Part shown: positions 26,882 to 35,627 of the stretch, piece by piece
How positions within the stretch are numbered: position 1 is the first letter of the stretch
Layout: every line of letters begins with the position of its first letter
Source of the DNA: Thermodesulfobacteriota bacterium
GTDB lineage: Bacteria > Desulfobacterota > Binatia > Bin18
Direction of reading: 5' to 3'
NCBI GenBank assembly: GCA_964291405.2
Contig: OZ219926.1
Coordinates: forward strand, 4,800,001-4,864,000
DNA: 64,000 bases
Notes under the pieces: generated by a model
What the model was told of the DNA's origin: nothing
The model's input: only the letters and a program-made list of their open reading frames with translations
Database searches by the model: none
Position numbers and translations under genes: made by a program

Positions 26882-27303
26882 TAGATGATATCATGGACGA
26901 AACAGTCGATAGCCTCTCGGATCTGGGTATGGATGCTGAGGATATCGGTCTCGACCAGGACGATTTGGGGCAGATATTTGCCCTGGAACTTGGAGCACAC
27001 GCGGTGCTTTCCGAAAATGAGTTTGAGAACGTGGTCCGGGCAATCGCCCGCAGTCGGAGCGACCTTGATGATATGTCGGCCTCTATCGCTGAGATAGATG
27101 ATTATGTAGACAGTTTTGAAGCTGACCCGGAACGACTGAGTGGGCTTTTATCAAATATCAAAGGGATTTATGGAGATGAGATTGGCAAAGATGTCCGTGC
27201 TGCCATAGAAATCCTGAGTACTCAGGAGCCAGAATTCGACAACTTGTCTACTTCGGTACCTTTCGCCGAGTACATTCGCGCAAAAGGCATCACATTCGTG
27301 TAG
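26878..27303 (+). CDS. highly acidic hypothetical protein
   Basis: 141-aa ORF with a 4-nt ATGA overlap with the upstream gene and a GGAGG RBS. Confidence 0.7.
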   Translation: MIDDIMDETVDSLSDLGMDAEDIGLDQDDLGQIFALELGAHAVLSENEFENVVRAIARSRSDLDDMSASIAEIDDYVDSFEADPERLSGLLSNIKGIYGDEIGKDVRAAIEILSTQEPEFDNLSTSVPFAEYIRAKGITFV

Positions 27304-27373
27304 ACCCATCCCGCCGAGGGACAAATGATTTTTCCTTCATACACATCAGGTTGCCGTTCACACGACGTTAAGA

Positions 27374-28282
27374 TTAAGAGCGAAAGACAAAACGAAAACC
27401 ATCCTGACTACTGATAATTCGTCCTGCGGTTGGTGTCGCAAAATGGGCCGGAAGAATCAGCGCATTCGAGTCGGCGTAGCGCTCAATAAATTTTCGGCGT
27501 GTCTGACGGGACTGCTCCGAGTCAAAGCAAAAGGCACTGGAGACCTCTGGATACACGACCTGGAGGGGGTGGTGCATCACGTCGCCGGAGAGCACGGCGT
27601 GTAAACCCTCCCGCTCTATTGTGAGTATGGCGTTGCCTGGGGTGTGGCCGGGCGCGGCCTCGACCCAAATTCCCTCCTCAATATGGTGACCGCTGGTAAT
27701 CAACTGAGATTGCCCGGCTTCGACCACCGGCAAAACACTATCCTGGTAGGAATCTCGAAGCACCTGCCGAACCGGCAGAGGGTAGGGGTCATCCGGGCCG
27801 GCAGGTTCTGTCGTATAGGCATGCCAGTGCTCCCATTCCCGCCTGGCAAAAAGATAGGTCGCATTGGGAAAAGTTGGCACCCAGCGACCATCCTCCAGGC
27901 GCGTATTCCAGCCGATATGATCGACGTGCAGGTGGGTGCAAAAGACAAAATCCACGTCTTCGAGCGCGATACCCAACGCGTTGAGGTTTTCGACATAGGG
28001 CGTGCGTTGCTGATGCCAGTCGCCAAAATCGGGCCGGTGTTTATTATTGCCAACACAAGTGTCGACCAGAATGACGTGCTGCGGAGTCCGAATAATGAAG
28101 GTGTGCAGACTCATCACCAACAGGCGCGTTTCCGGGTGAAAAAATCGAGGGGCAAGCCAAGCCCGATGTACGTCTATGACGGACTGATCCAAGTCGGGTA
28201 GGAGCACCTGCAGGGGGTACAGAGGACCTTCTGACTCCACCAGCCGCTCAATGCGGATGGTATCGGTGATAATTGGTTGCAT
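27374..28282 (-). CDS. MBL-fold metallo-hydrolase
   Basis: THLHVDHIGWN, PGHTPG, GDVMHHP and PAHF motifs. Confidence 0.92.
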   Translation of the reverse strand: MQPIITDTIRIERLVESEGPLYPLQVLLPDLDQSVIDVHRAWLAPRFFHPETRLLVMSLHTFIIRTPQHVILVDTCVGNNKHRPDFGDWHQQRTPYVENLNALGIALEDVDFVFCTHLHVDHIGWNTRLEDGRWVPTFPNATYLFARREWEHWHAYTTEPAGPDDPYPLPVRQVLRDSYQDSVLPVVEAGQSQLITSGHHIEEGIWVEAAPGHTPGNAILTIEREGLHAVLSGDVMHHPLQVVYPEVSSAFCFDSEQSRQTRRKFIERYADSNALILPAHFATPTAGRIISSQDGFRFVFRS

Positions 28283-28368
28283 AGTTGCCGTCCTTTTGAA
28301 AAAGTGGCTTTCCTTGTGAAGGATACTCTACTCTCTCGGGCCACTTTCTCCAACGTATAGGCAGATGT

Positions 28369-29550
28369 ATGGCAGCCGGACACGCTGAAATTGCTGGAGC
28401 CGGCTTTGCCGGTCTTGTTGCCGCGATTGCTCTGGCCGACCGCGGTTGGACTGTGCGGGTGCATGAACGGACGCCGTTTCTCCGAGCCGAAGGATTTGCG
28501 TTGACCATCCACGGCAACGGCGTGAAAGTCCTCAAGTCGCTCGGCGTTTTTGAGCCTGCGGTAGCGGGCGCCATGCGAATCAGCCGCCTGGAAACGCGGA
28601 ATGCCCGCAACGAGACCACCCTCGCCCTGACTCCTCCAAGTGCGCTGTATCGCATCTCCCGCCAGCATCTGATTGCGACCCTGGCCGCGGCGGCCGAGCG
28701 GCGTGGAGTTGAAGTCCTGGTTGACTCTCCGGTCGTGTCCGCCAAGCCGGATGGACAATTAGTGTTGGAGAAGGGTCAGGTCTGTAAAGCCGATCTGGTC
28801 ATTGGGGCTGAGGGGGTCAACTCACGAGTGCGCGATACTGTCGGTGTTCGCGTCCGTCGCATTTCTCTCCAAGCGGGCGGCGCGTGCCGCATGGTCATTC
28901 CTCGAAGCGATGCCGAAAAGGCAATAGAGCCAGGAGACGAAGCGGTCAATTACGAATATTGGTCGGGCACGCGACGTATCATCGCGAATCCGTGTAGTCG
29001 AGACGATCTCTACCTCGCCTTGAGCTGTCGAGATACCGATGCCTCAGGCAAACGGATACCGCTCGAGGTCCCGTCCTGGCAGGAGGCGTTTCCGCATTTG
29101 GCTGCGGTCATCGAGCGCGTTGGGCGGGATACCGAGTGGGAGCGGGTGCTGTGGGCGCGATTTCTTATCATCCAACTCTCGCGTTGGTCTGCGGGCCGCG
29201 TTGCCATTGTGGGTGACGCCGCCCATTCCATGCCGCCAGACCTGGGGCAGGGTGGGGGGACCGCAATGATGAACGCCCTTGCTCTTGCCGTGGCCTTAGC
29301 GGAATCGGCCGATATTGAGTCCGGTCTATCACTGTGGGAACAACGCGAACGGCCGTTAACCACGCACACCCAGCGGGTGGCGCGGATCTATAACCATTCG
29401 ACCTTGTGGCCGGAACGTGTGCGAACAGGCGTGTTTAAGCTCATTGGCCGAACGGCTTTTTTACGGGAACAAGTGCAGCGAACGGCGAATCACCTGCCGC
29501 GCGGATACCATAACGAAGGAGGGGGCTATGTTTATCGATCTCACGGCTGA
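28369..29550 (+). CDS. FAD-dependent monooxygenase (hydroxypyridine oxygenase MHPCO-like)
   Basis: AEIAGAGFAGL, ADLVIGAEG and GDAAHSMPPDLGQGG motifs. Confidence 0.88.
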   Translation: MAAGHAEIAGAGFAGLVAAIALADRGWTVRVHERTPFLRAEGFALTIHGNGVKVLKSLGVFEPAVAGAMRISRLETRNARNETTLALTPPSALYRISRQHLIATLAAAAERRGVEVLVDSPVVSAKPDGQLVLEKGQVCKADLVIGAEGVNSRVRDTVGVRVRRISLQAGGACRMVIPRSDAEKAIEPGDEAVNYEYWSGTRRIIANPCSRDDLYLALSCRDTDASGKRIPLEVPSWQEAFPHLAAVIERVGRDTEWERVLWARFLIIQLSRWSAGRVAIVGDAAHSMPPDLGQGGGTAMMNALALAVALAESADIESGLSLWEQRERPLTTHTQRVARIYNHSTLWPERVRTGVFKLIGRTAFLREQVQRTANHLPRGYHNEGGGYVYRSHG

Positions 29551-30685
29551 CCAAGAGCGCATTATCAATATTGCCAAGGAGCTTGCGGCTGAGTTTACCG
29601 AACGGGCCGAGCAGCACGACCGTGAGGGCAGCTTTCCTTTTGAGAATATCGCTCGACTCAAGGAGACCGGCTATACGACCATGACCACACCGCAGGAGTT
29701 CGGCGGCTGGGAGGCCAGCCCGCTCACTTTTGTACTGGCCCAGGAACAGCTCGTCCAGGGCTGCGCGGCCACCGCCTTTTCCATCAATATGCACTGTAAC
29801 AGCGTCGGCTTTTACACGCCGTTCATGACGCAAGCGCAAAAGGAGCTGTATCTGGGCAATGTCGGTCGGAAGAAAATGCTCCTGAACGGCTTTTATACCG
29901 AGGGTGGCGGGGCGCGCTCGATCATGTCACCGGCCTCGACCGCGCGCAAGGTGTCAGGCGGCTATCTCCTTAACGGCAAGAAGGTCTTTGCCACGCTTGT
30001 CCCGGTGGTAGATTATTTTGGCGTCAGCGTCTCGCTGGAAGGCTACACCGGCCCTGGCTCCGGGGGGTGTATTTTTCTTCTGCCGCGCGACACGCCGGGT
30101 CTGGAGGTTGAGGAAACCTGGGATGCCATGGGCATGCGGGCCACCGGCAGCCATACCATTACCATGCAGGATGTCTTTGCCACACCCGAACATCGCATCG
30201 GCGAGGAAGGGCGCCTGGCCGAAGAGTTCGCCCAAGTCGCGCACTGGTACTGTCTATCGTTTTCCGCCTGCTATCTGGGCATCGGCCAGGCCATGTACAC
30301 CCATGTCCTGGACTACGCCCGGACGCGCAAGGTCCAAAAGACCGGCCAGCGGGTTGGCGACTTGGCCTGGAATCGGTTTGCCATAGGCGAAATGTATAAC
30401 CGTTTGGAGGCGTGTCGCACGCTGCTCTACACCACCGCCCGAGAAATCTCAGAGCAACGTCCGTATGGGGAGCGTCAGATTCCTACGGTTGAGATGCTCC
30501 GCACCTATATGGCCGAAAACATGCTGGAGGTCGGTAATCTTGCCACCCGCATCGCCGGCGGGCTTGGCTACCTCAAGGGCAGTCCGGTAGAGCGGGCCTT
30601 TCGCGACCTGCGCTCCGCACCGCTGCATACCCTGAAGCGCGACGAGGTGCTGGAGCTGCTGGCCGAAATGGAGTTGGGGTTTTAG
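29528..30685 (+). CDS. acyl-CoA dehydrogenase family protein / flavin monooxygenase
   Basis: [21 protein letters not shown] and ERAFRDLR motifs; start moved to 29528. Confidence 0.88.
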   Translation: MFIDLTADQERIINIAKELAAEFTERAEQHDREGSFPFENIARLKETGYTTMTTPQEFGGWEASPLTFVLAQEQLVQGCAATAFSINMHCNSVGFYTPFMTQAQKELYLGNVGRKKMLLNGFYTEGGGARSIMSPASTARKVSGGYLLNGKKVFATLVPVVDYFGVSVSLEGYTGPGSGGCIFLLPRDTPGLEVEETWDAMGMRATGSHTITMQDVFATPEHRIGEEGRLAEEFAQVAHWYCLSFSACYLGIGQAMYTHVLDYARTRKVQKTGQRVGDLAWNRFAIGEMYNRLEACRTLLYTTAREISEQRPYGERQIPTVEMLRTYMAENMLEVGNLATRIAGGLGYLKGSPVERAFRDLRSAPLHTLKRDEVLELLAEMELGF

Positions 30686-31759
30686 GCTATTTCCGAAACC
30701 GTCACCTGCTCCCCGGCTTCGTTATAGACTTTATCGCCTAGGGCAAAATTCTCTTCCAGAAACCACTGGAGATAGGCTGCGCTGGTAATGGGTGGTTCTT
30801 TGGCTGGATTATCCGGCCCGTAACACGTGGGTAGACACTCGATGACGGTCTCCGGGGTCGGGTGCAAGAAGAACGGAATGGAATAGCGGTAGGTATCCGA
30901 GGCGTTAATCACCCGGTGTGGAGTGGAGAGCACGCGACCGTTCGACCAGCGGGTCAGCATATCTCCGGAGTTAATAACAAAAGCATCCGGAATGAGCGGC
31001 ATTTTCAGCCCGACCGGACTGGGTTCGGAGACTGGGTTCGGATTTCAAGTCCAGGTTGGTCTGACGTAGCCAGCAAAGTCATAAACGAGCTGTCCGTGTG
31101 CGGTCCCACGTTGAATTCGTCCTCATCCAGCCTGTCGGGTGGCATCCGCGCGACGCGCAAGAAGTTCAAACCCTGATATTTGGGGAATTTATCGTCAAAG
31201 AAATCCGGCTCCAGGTCCAGAGCCAGGGCATACAGCGGCAACATGCGGATACTCAAATCTTCCGCGGCCTCAAAGAATTCCATCACGGTAGTACGAAAGC
31301 CACTCTCATTCTCGGGCCATTGATTCTGCGTGGGCCGATGACTGGGACCCCAGTCACGCTGGAGAAGATAGCACTCGCTCACATCAGGCTTTCTGGTCCC
31401 AGTGTAGTATGGTGAAGTTTTGGGCAGCTCACCTCGGGTCGGGACATACCCGTTGCCTTCTTCGTTCACTTTGAGGGCCATCTTCTGTTCAAGTGGAAGA
31501 TCGTAAAAGCGGGCAGTTTCTGACACCATTTTATCTCGGAGAGATTTGGGGATGCCGTGATTAATAATCCAAAGGCTTTCTGGTCCCGGTGTAGTAAAAA
31601 GAAGCCGATACGTTCGAGGGCGTCACGCATCTCGCTGGCCGCCGTAAAGGCTGCTCCAGGTTCTTCAGCCAGGAAGGGACCGAGGTCAATAATCGGAATG
31701 GTTTCCCCGGCAATCGCGTACTCTTCTTGTAAGGCGTGCTTGTCTTGTGCGGTCTGCAT
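30682..31759 (-). pseudogene. 2OG-Fe(II) oxygenase (isopenicillin N synthase family) split into three frames
   Basis: IPIIDLGP...IGFF, GPHTDSSFMTLL and NSGDML..WSNG...STPHRV...RYSIPFF lie in three consecutive ORFs, with breaks near 31600 and 31020. Confidence 0.8.
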
Positions 31760-31774
31760 ATTATCCCCCTCTTG

Positions 31775-34012
31775 TCAGCGCACAAACGGTGCTGGATCGA
31801 GAAATCGCTTCAGCACGTTGTGCGTAATGCGCGAAACATTATTGTCGTAATGATTATGTGACAGACTGCCGGCCCAGGCAATCGAGCTTGACGACCACAC
31901 CGCCCCGCCGTTGGGGGTTTCATAGAACACCATATCCGCCCGGACCAGTTCGTTTTCGGTCCCGCCCAGACCCGGTGTGGTGACCAGTAATTCCTCGCAC
32001 ACCACCAAATAGATATCCGTGTGACCGCCCTGGGAGGTTGCCAGTACCAAGGTGTGCGGGGGGGTGCCTAAGCGCTCGTCCGCCCGGTCGATTTCCAGAC
32101 CCGCGGCCCCGCCGCCGATCAGCCCGAAATCTCCGATAACCTCGTCCTTGCCTACACCTTCAAAAATAAAGGCCGCCCGCGCATCAAAACTGCCCGACAG
32201 GCGGTGATACGGTGCCGAAATATCAAAACCCTGGGCGCTAAACCCCGTGCCCAGCATGACCTGGGGGGCTCGGCCCTGATTGCGCCACAGGCCGCCGTAT
32301 TCACCCGTGAAGCTGTGGTAGTACTCGCCCGGATCGGCGGCCCAGGTCCGAATACCGCCCTCATTCCGACGCACTTCCATGAGACCGGGACAGTCGGGAT
32401 GAAAGGCCACCCGCCAATACCAGCCGTTGGCGCCCATATACATGAGCCGCCCGCCCTGATTTTGATAGGCTTTCATCGCTTCCCACATCTGGAGGGAGTG
32501 GTACTCCGGGTGGGTGCCGGACAGAATCACCCGGTAGGGCTTCAGCAGGGCGAGCCCCTCATAGTGCAAATCTTCATCGGTAATGACATCAAAGTCATAA
32601 TCTTGGGCCTCAAGCCAGTCGGTAATATGGGTGTCCGCATTAAACTGCCACAAGGATGAGCCGTCCCCGCCCAGCGCGGATATATGCTTGGGCCGCATAT
32701 TCAGAATGGGCCGCAGGCGGGACGAATAACACACACCTGAGCCGTCGGAGTGGGAGTCATAGCACGAGCCGCCGTATTCGCGGTGTTCGTTGAGGAACAG
32801 ACTGTTCTTGTCGAACGGAGCCAGGCGACCGCTGAGTAGCTCCATCATACCGGCGTTGGTGGCCATATGTTCGTTGGCATAGGCCATATAGCTGGCGGTG
32901 GGGAGCAGAAAGGCCAGCTTTTTTTCTTTGCCTTTGGCTGGCTTGACGACAAAGGGAACATAATCCTCCTCGGTTCCCGAACGCAGCCGGGCGGCGTACA
33001 GGCCGCTTTTGAGGTCCGCCGGAACGGTCAGCGAAAAATCGACCTCCCAGCCGGCGTCGTACACATCGTCATCGTGGAAATGGATCGCCCCGTACTGTTC
33101 CGGCGTCTGTTTCCAGTCCATGCTCTCGCCGCTCCAGTTATAACCCTTCATACCTCGCGCCGGCATGTTGACGGTCTCGCCGTGCAGCCGATTAGGCGAC
33201 GTGTCGGTCACTCGGGTCGAACTGATACCCTGGGAAAAATCCCAGGCACCGACCACGCTCTGCTGGAGTTGGGCGGGGACGCCGCGCTTGAGTTGTTCCA
33301 TCTCGGCCCGCTCCAGGACGCGGTTGGCCAGACGCGGGCTGTCTATCTTGCCGTTGAACTTCTGGTCGAGCCTGCTGCGACCCGAACCCGTCCGCAGTGC
33401 GCCGAACATCAGGGCAGACTGATTAGAGCCCACGCGTTCGAGTTTGATCTTCTTCCGGACGCGGCCCGCGTCCGAGACCGTGGGATAATCGGTCTGGGGT
33501 TCTTGATACAATGTGACCCGCCGGGTCTCCGCGTCATAGCTCGCCGCCACAAAATACCACTGCCGGGCGAGGAGTTGTTTGTTGGTGCTTACGACTTCGA
33601 CGTTGCCGCGTCCGTCGCCCAATTGCAGGGCCAGCCGCCCGGCCTGGATCACCAGCGCAAAGCCCGAACGCCGCCGGTCCTGCCACTTCGACACAATGGC
33701 CTGGCTACCCTTGTCCGGTGTAGTCGGCCACAGCATGGCCTGGACGGTAAAGCTCTTGAGGTTTTGCAGCGGCGGGCTGTTCGAGATCAGCACATACGAG
33801 CCAGATTCGATCGTCTGGGAGCGGCCCTTATACGATTTATTAGCCGGTGTTGGCACGACGTGTTCCCTGATCCCCGGACCCTCGGGATTCAGGTCGCCGC
33901 AGACCAGACGAACGATGTCGGCCCGGTAGCGGGGTCGTTCGCAGTTCACCATGAACTGAAGCGTTTCGCCGGGACGCGCGCTGATTTTGTCGGCGTAACC
34001 AGTAATTTTCAT
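31775..34012 (-). CDS. dmfA2: N,N-dimethylformamidase large (beta) subunit family protein
   Basis: N-terminal LamG-like domain; YGAIHFHDDD, TASYMAYANEH, YDSHSDGSG, GTHPEY and GANGWYW motifs. Confidence 0.88.
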   Translation of the reverse strand: MKITGYADKISARPGETLQFMVNCERPRYRADIVRLVCGDLNPEGPGIREHVVPTPANKSYKGRSQTIESGSYVLISNSPPLQNLKSFTVQAMLWPTTPDKGSQAIVSKWQDRRRSGFALVIQAGRLALQLGDGRGNVEVVSTNKQLLARQWYFVAASYDAETRRVTLYQEPQTDYPTVSDAGRVRKKIKLERVGSNQSALMFGALRTGSGRSRLDQKFNGKIDSPRLANRVLERAEMEQLKRGVPAQLQQSVVGAWDFSQGISSTRVTDTSPNRLHGETVNMPARGMKGYNWSGESMDWKQTPEQYGAIHFHDDDVYDAGWEVDFSLTVPADLKSGLYAARLRSGTEEDYVPFVVKPAKGKEKKLAFLLPTASYMAYANEHMATNAGMMELLSGRLAPFDKNSLFLNEHREYGGSCYDSHSDGSGVCYSSRLRPILNMRPKHISALGGDGSSLWQFNADTHITDWLEAQDYDFDVITDEDLHYEGLALLKPYRVILSGTHPEYHSLQMWEAMKAYQNQGGRLMYMGANGWYWRVAFHPDCPGLMEVRRNEGGIRTWAADPGEYYHSFTGEYGGLWRNQGRAPQVMLGTGFSAQGFDISAPYHRLSGSFDARAAFIFEGVGKDEVIGDFGLIGGGAAGLEIDRADERLGTPPHTLVLATSQGGHTDIYLVVCEELLVTTPGLGGTENELVRADMVFYETPNGGAVWSSSSIAWAGSLSHNHYDNNVSRITHNVLKRFLDPAPFVR

Positions 34013-34044
34013 ACGTCTTCCCTTTGCTTATGCGTTTTCCTCGC

Positions 34045-34350
34045 TCAGCTCTTCACGCCGGTATGCAGTTCCCAGCGGCGCCGAAATATCTCTCGCTCCG
34101 CATCCGCAACCGAGGTGAAGACCTGGTCCTTGAACATTCTGACCGGCTTGCCCCGTTCACCAGTGAGCTGACCGAGCGTCCACTCTTTATGGGGTTTGGT
34201 GCAGATGAGCACGTATTTATCCCGAACCGGTTGGCCGCGAATAACGTTCAGCACGCGCTGTAAAGCGGGACTATGGTGGCCAATCGGCTTGGCGTTGAAT
34301 TCCTCGACCACGTCCTGGTCGTCCGCACTGATCTTATAGACCGTATGCAT
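34045..34350 (-). CDS. dmfA1: N,N-dimethylformamidase small (alpha) subunit-like protein
   Basis: EEF...PIGHHSPALQRVL...AEREIFRRRW; directly upstream of the beta subunit gene. Confidence 0.7.
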   Translation of the reverse strand: MHTVYKISADDQDVVEEFNAKPIGHHSPALQRVLNVIRGQPVRDKYVLICTKPHKEWTLGQLTGERGKPVRMFKDQVFTSVADAEREIFRRRWELHTGVKS

Positions 34351-34491
34351 GCGCCCCCTCCTTTGGCTGGCAGGTCAATCCAGACGGAGACTAGCACACC
34401 GCTCTGTCACAAGTCGAGAATTGCGGAGCACCCTAGACCCTACTGCCCGCATTTGAAAGGATACGACACCCGAAAGTGTCAGGAGGAAGGC

Positions 34492-35586
34492 ATGAGAGCG
34501 GCCGTCTTATACGAGGTTGATACTCCCCTCAAAGTTGAAGACGTTGATCTGGACAGCCCCAAGAGCGGGGAGGTCAGGGTCAGGATTGTGGCCAATGGGG
34601 TGTGCCATAGCGACTACTCGATTATCCATGGGGTCTTGCGCAGTCCGCTGCCCATGGTCCCCGGCCATGAGGGCGCGGGCATTGTCGAAGAGGTCGGACC
34701 GAACGTCTCCCTGGTCAAGCCGGGTGACCATGTCGTTCTGTCTCTCGCCCCGTATTGCGGCCACTGTTACTACTGCGCCATCGGTAAGCAGAATCTGTGC
34801 GTCAATATGTTTCAGACCATGGTGAAGGCGGCGATGGTTGACGGGACGTGCCGCCTCAAGAAGAACGGCAAGGACATTCACCATATGGCCGGCATCTCCA
34901 GCTTTGCCGAGCAGGCCGTGGTCGCCGAACAGGCCTGTATCAAGGTGCCGGACGAGGTGCCGCTCGATGTGGTGTGTCTGATCGGCTGTGGCGTCATGAC
35001 GGGTGTGGGTGCGGCCATGAATACGGCTCAGGTCGAGCCGGGCAGCAGCGCGGTGGTGATCGGCTGCGGCGGCGTCGGGCTCAACGTCATCCAGGGCTGT
35101 GTGCTCGCCGGTGCCAGCACGATTATCGGGGTGGATTTACTCGATAACAAATTGGACTACGCCCTCCAGTTCGGTGCTACCCATACCATCAACCCGGAAA
35201 AGGAAGAACTCGTTCGGTCGGTGCGTAAGCTGACCGGAGGCCGGGGCGCGGATTACGCCTTTGAGGTCATCGGCCTGTCCCGCACGGTCGAGCAAGCCTA
35301 CGCCTGCACCCGTCAGGCTGGAACGACGATTGTGGTCGGAGCCGGGTCGCGGCGAGACACGGTCTCCATTCCGATGGGGAGCTTTTTGACCGAGAAGATT
35401 ATTAAGGGCTCGGGCTATGGCTCGGCCCGTCCCCACCTGGACATGCCCCGACTGGTCGAGCATTACCGGAACGGTCGCCTCAAACTGGACGAAATGATTA
35501 CCCGGACCTATGCGCTGGAGGAGGTGAACGAGGCCATGACCGCGTTGGAAAAGGGCGAAGTGGCGCGCAGCGTCGTGGTCATGTAA
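34492..35586 (+). CDS. Zn-dependent alcohol dehydrogenase (class III-like)
   Basis: GVCHSD, GHEGAG, structural Zn Cys cluster, IGCGVMTGVGA and GCGGVG motifs. Confidence 0.93.
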   Translation: MRAAVLYEVDTPLKVEDVDLDSPKSGEVRVRIVANGVCHSDYSIIHGVLRSPLPMVPGHEGAGIVEEVGPNVSLVKPGDHVVLSLAPYCGHCYYCAIGKQNLCVNMFQTMVKAAMVDGTCRLKKNGKDIHHMAGISSFAEQAVVAEQACIKVPDEVPLDVVCLIGCGVMTGVGAAMNTAQVEPGSSAVVIGCGGVGLNVIQGCVLAGASTIIGVDLLDNKLDYALQFGATHTINPEKEELVRSVRKLTGGRGADYAFEVIGLSRTVEQAYACTRQAGTTIVVGAGSRRDTVSIPMGSFLTEKIIKGSGYGSARPHLDMPRLVEHYRNGRLKLDEMITRTYALEEVNEAMTALEKGEVARSVVVM

Positions 35587-35627
35587 GACACTTATTCTAG
35601 TCTAGCATTTCAGAGGAGACTTCAAGC

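Noticed and set aside
32867-34171. 434-aa plus-strand ORF, and similar long antisense ORFs such as 17838..18902 and 25130..25867
   Set aside because: These are shadow frames opposite well-supported genes in GC-rich DNA, with no family motifs.
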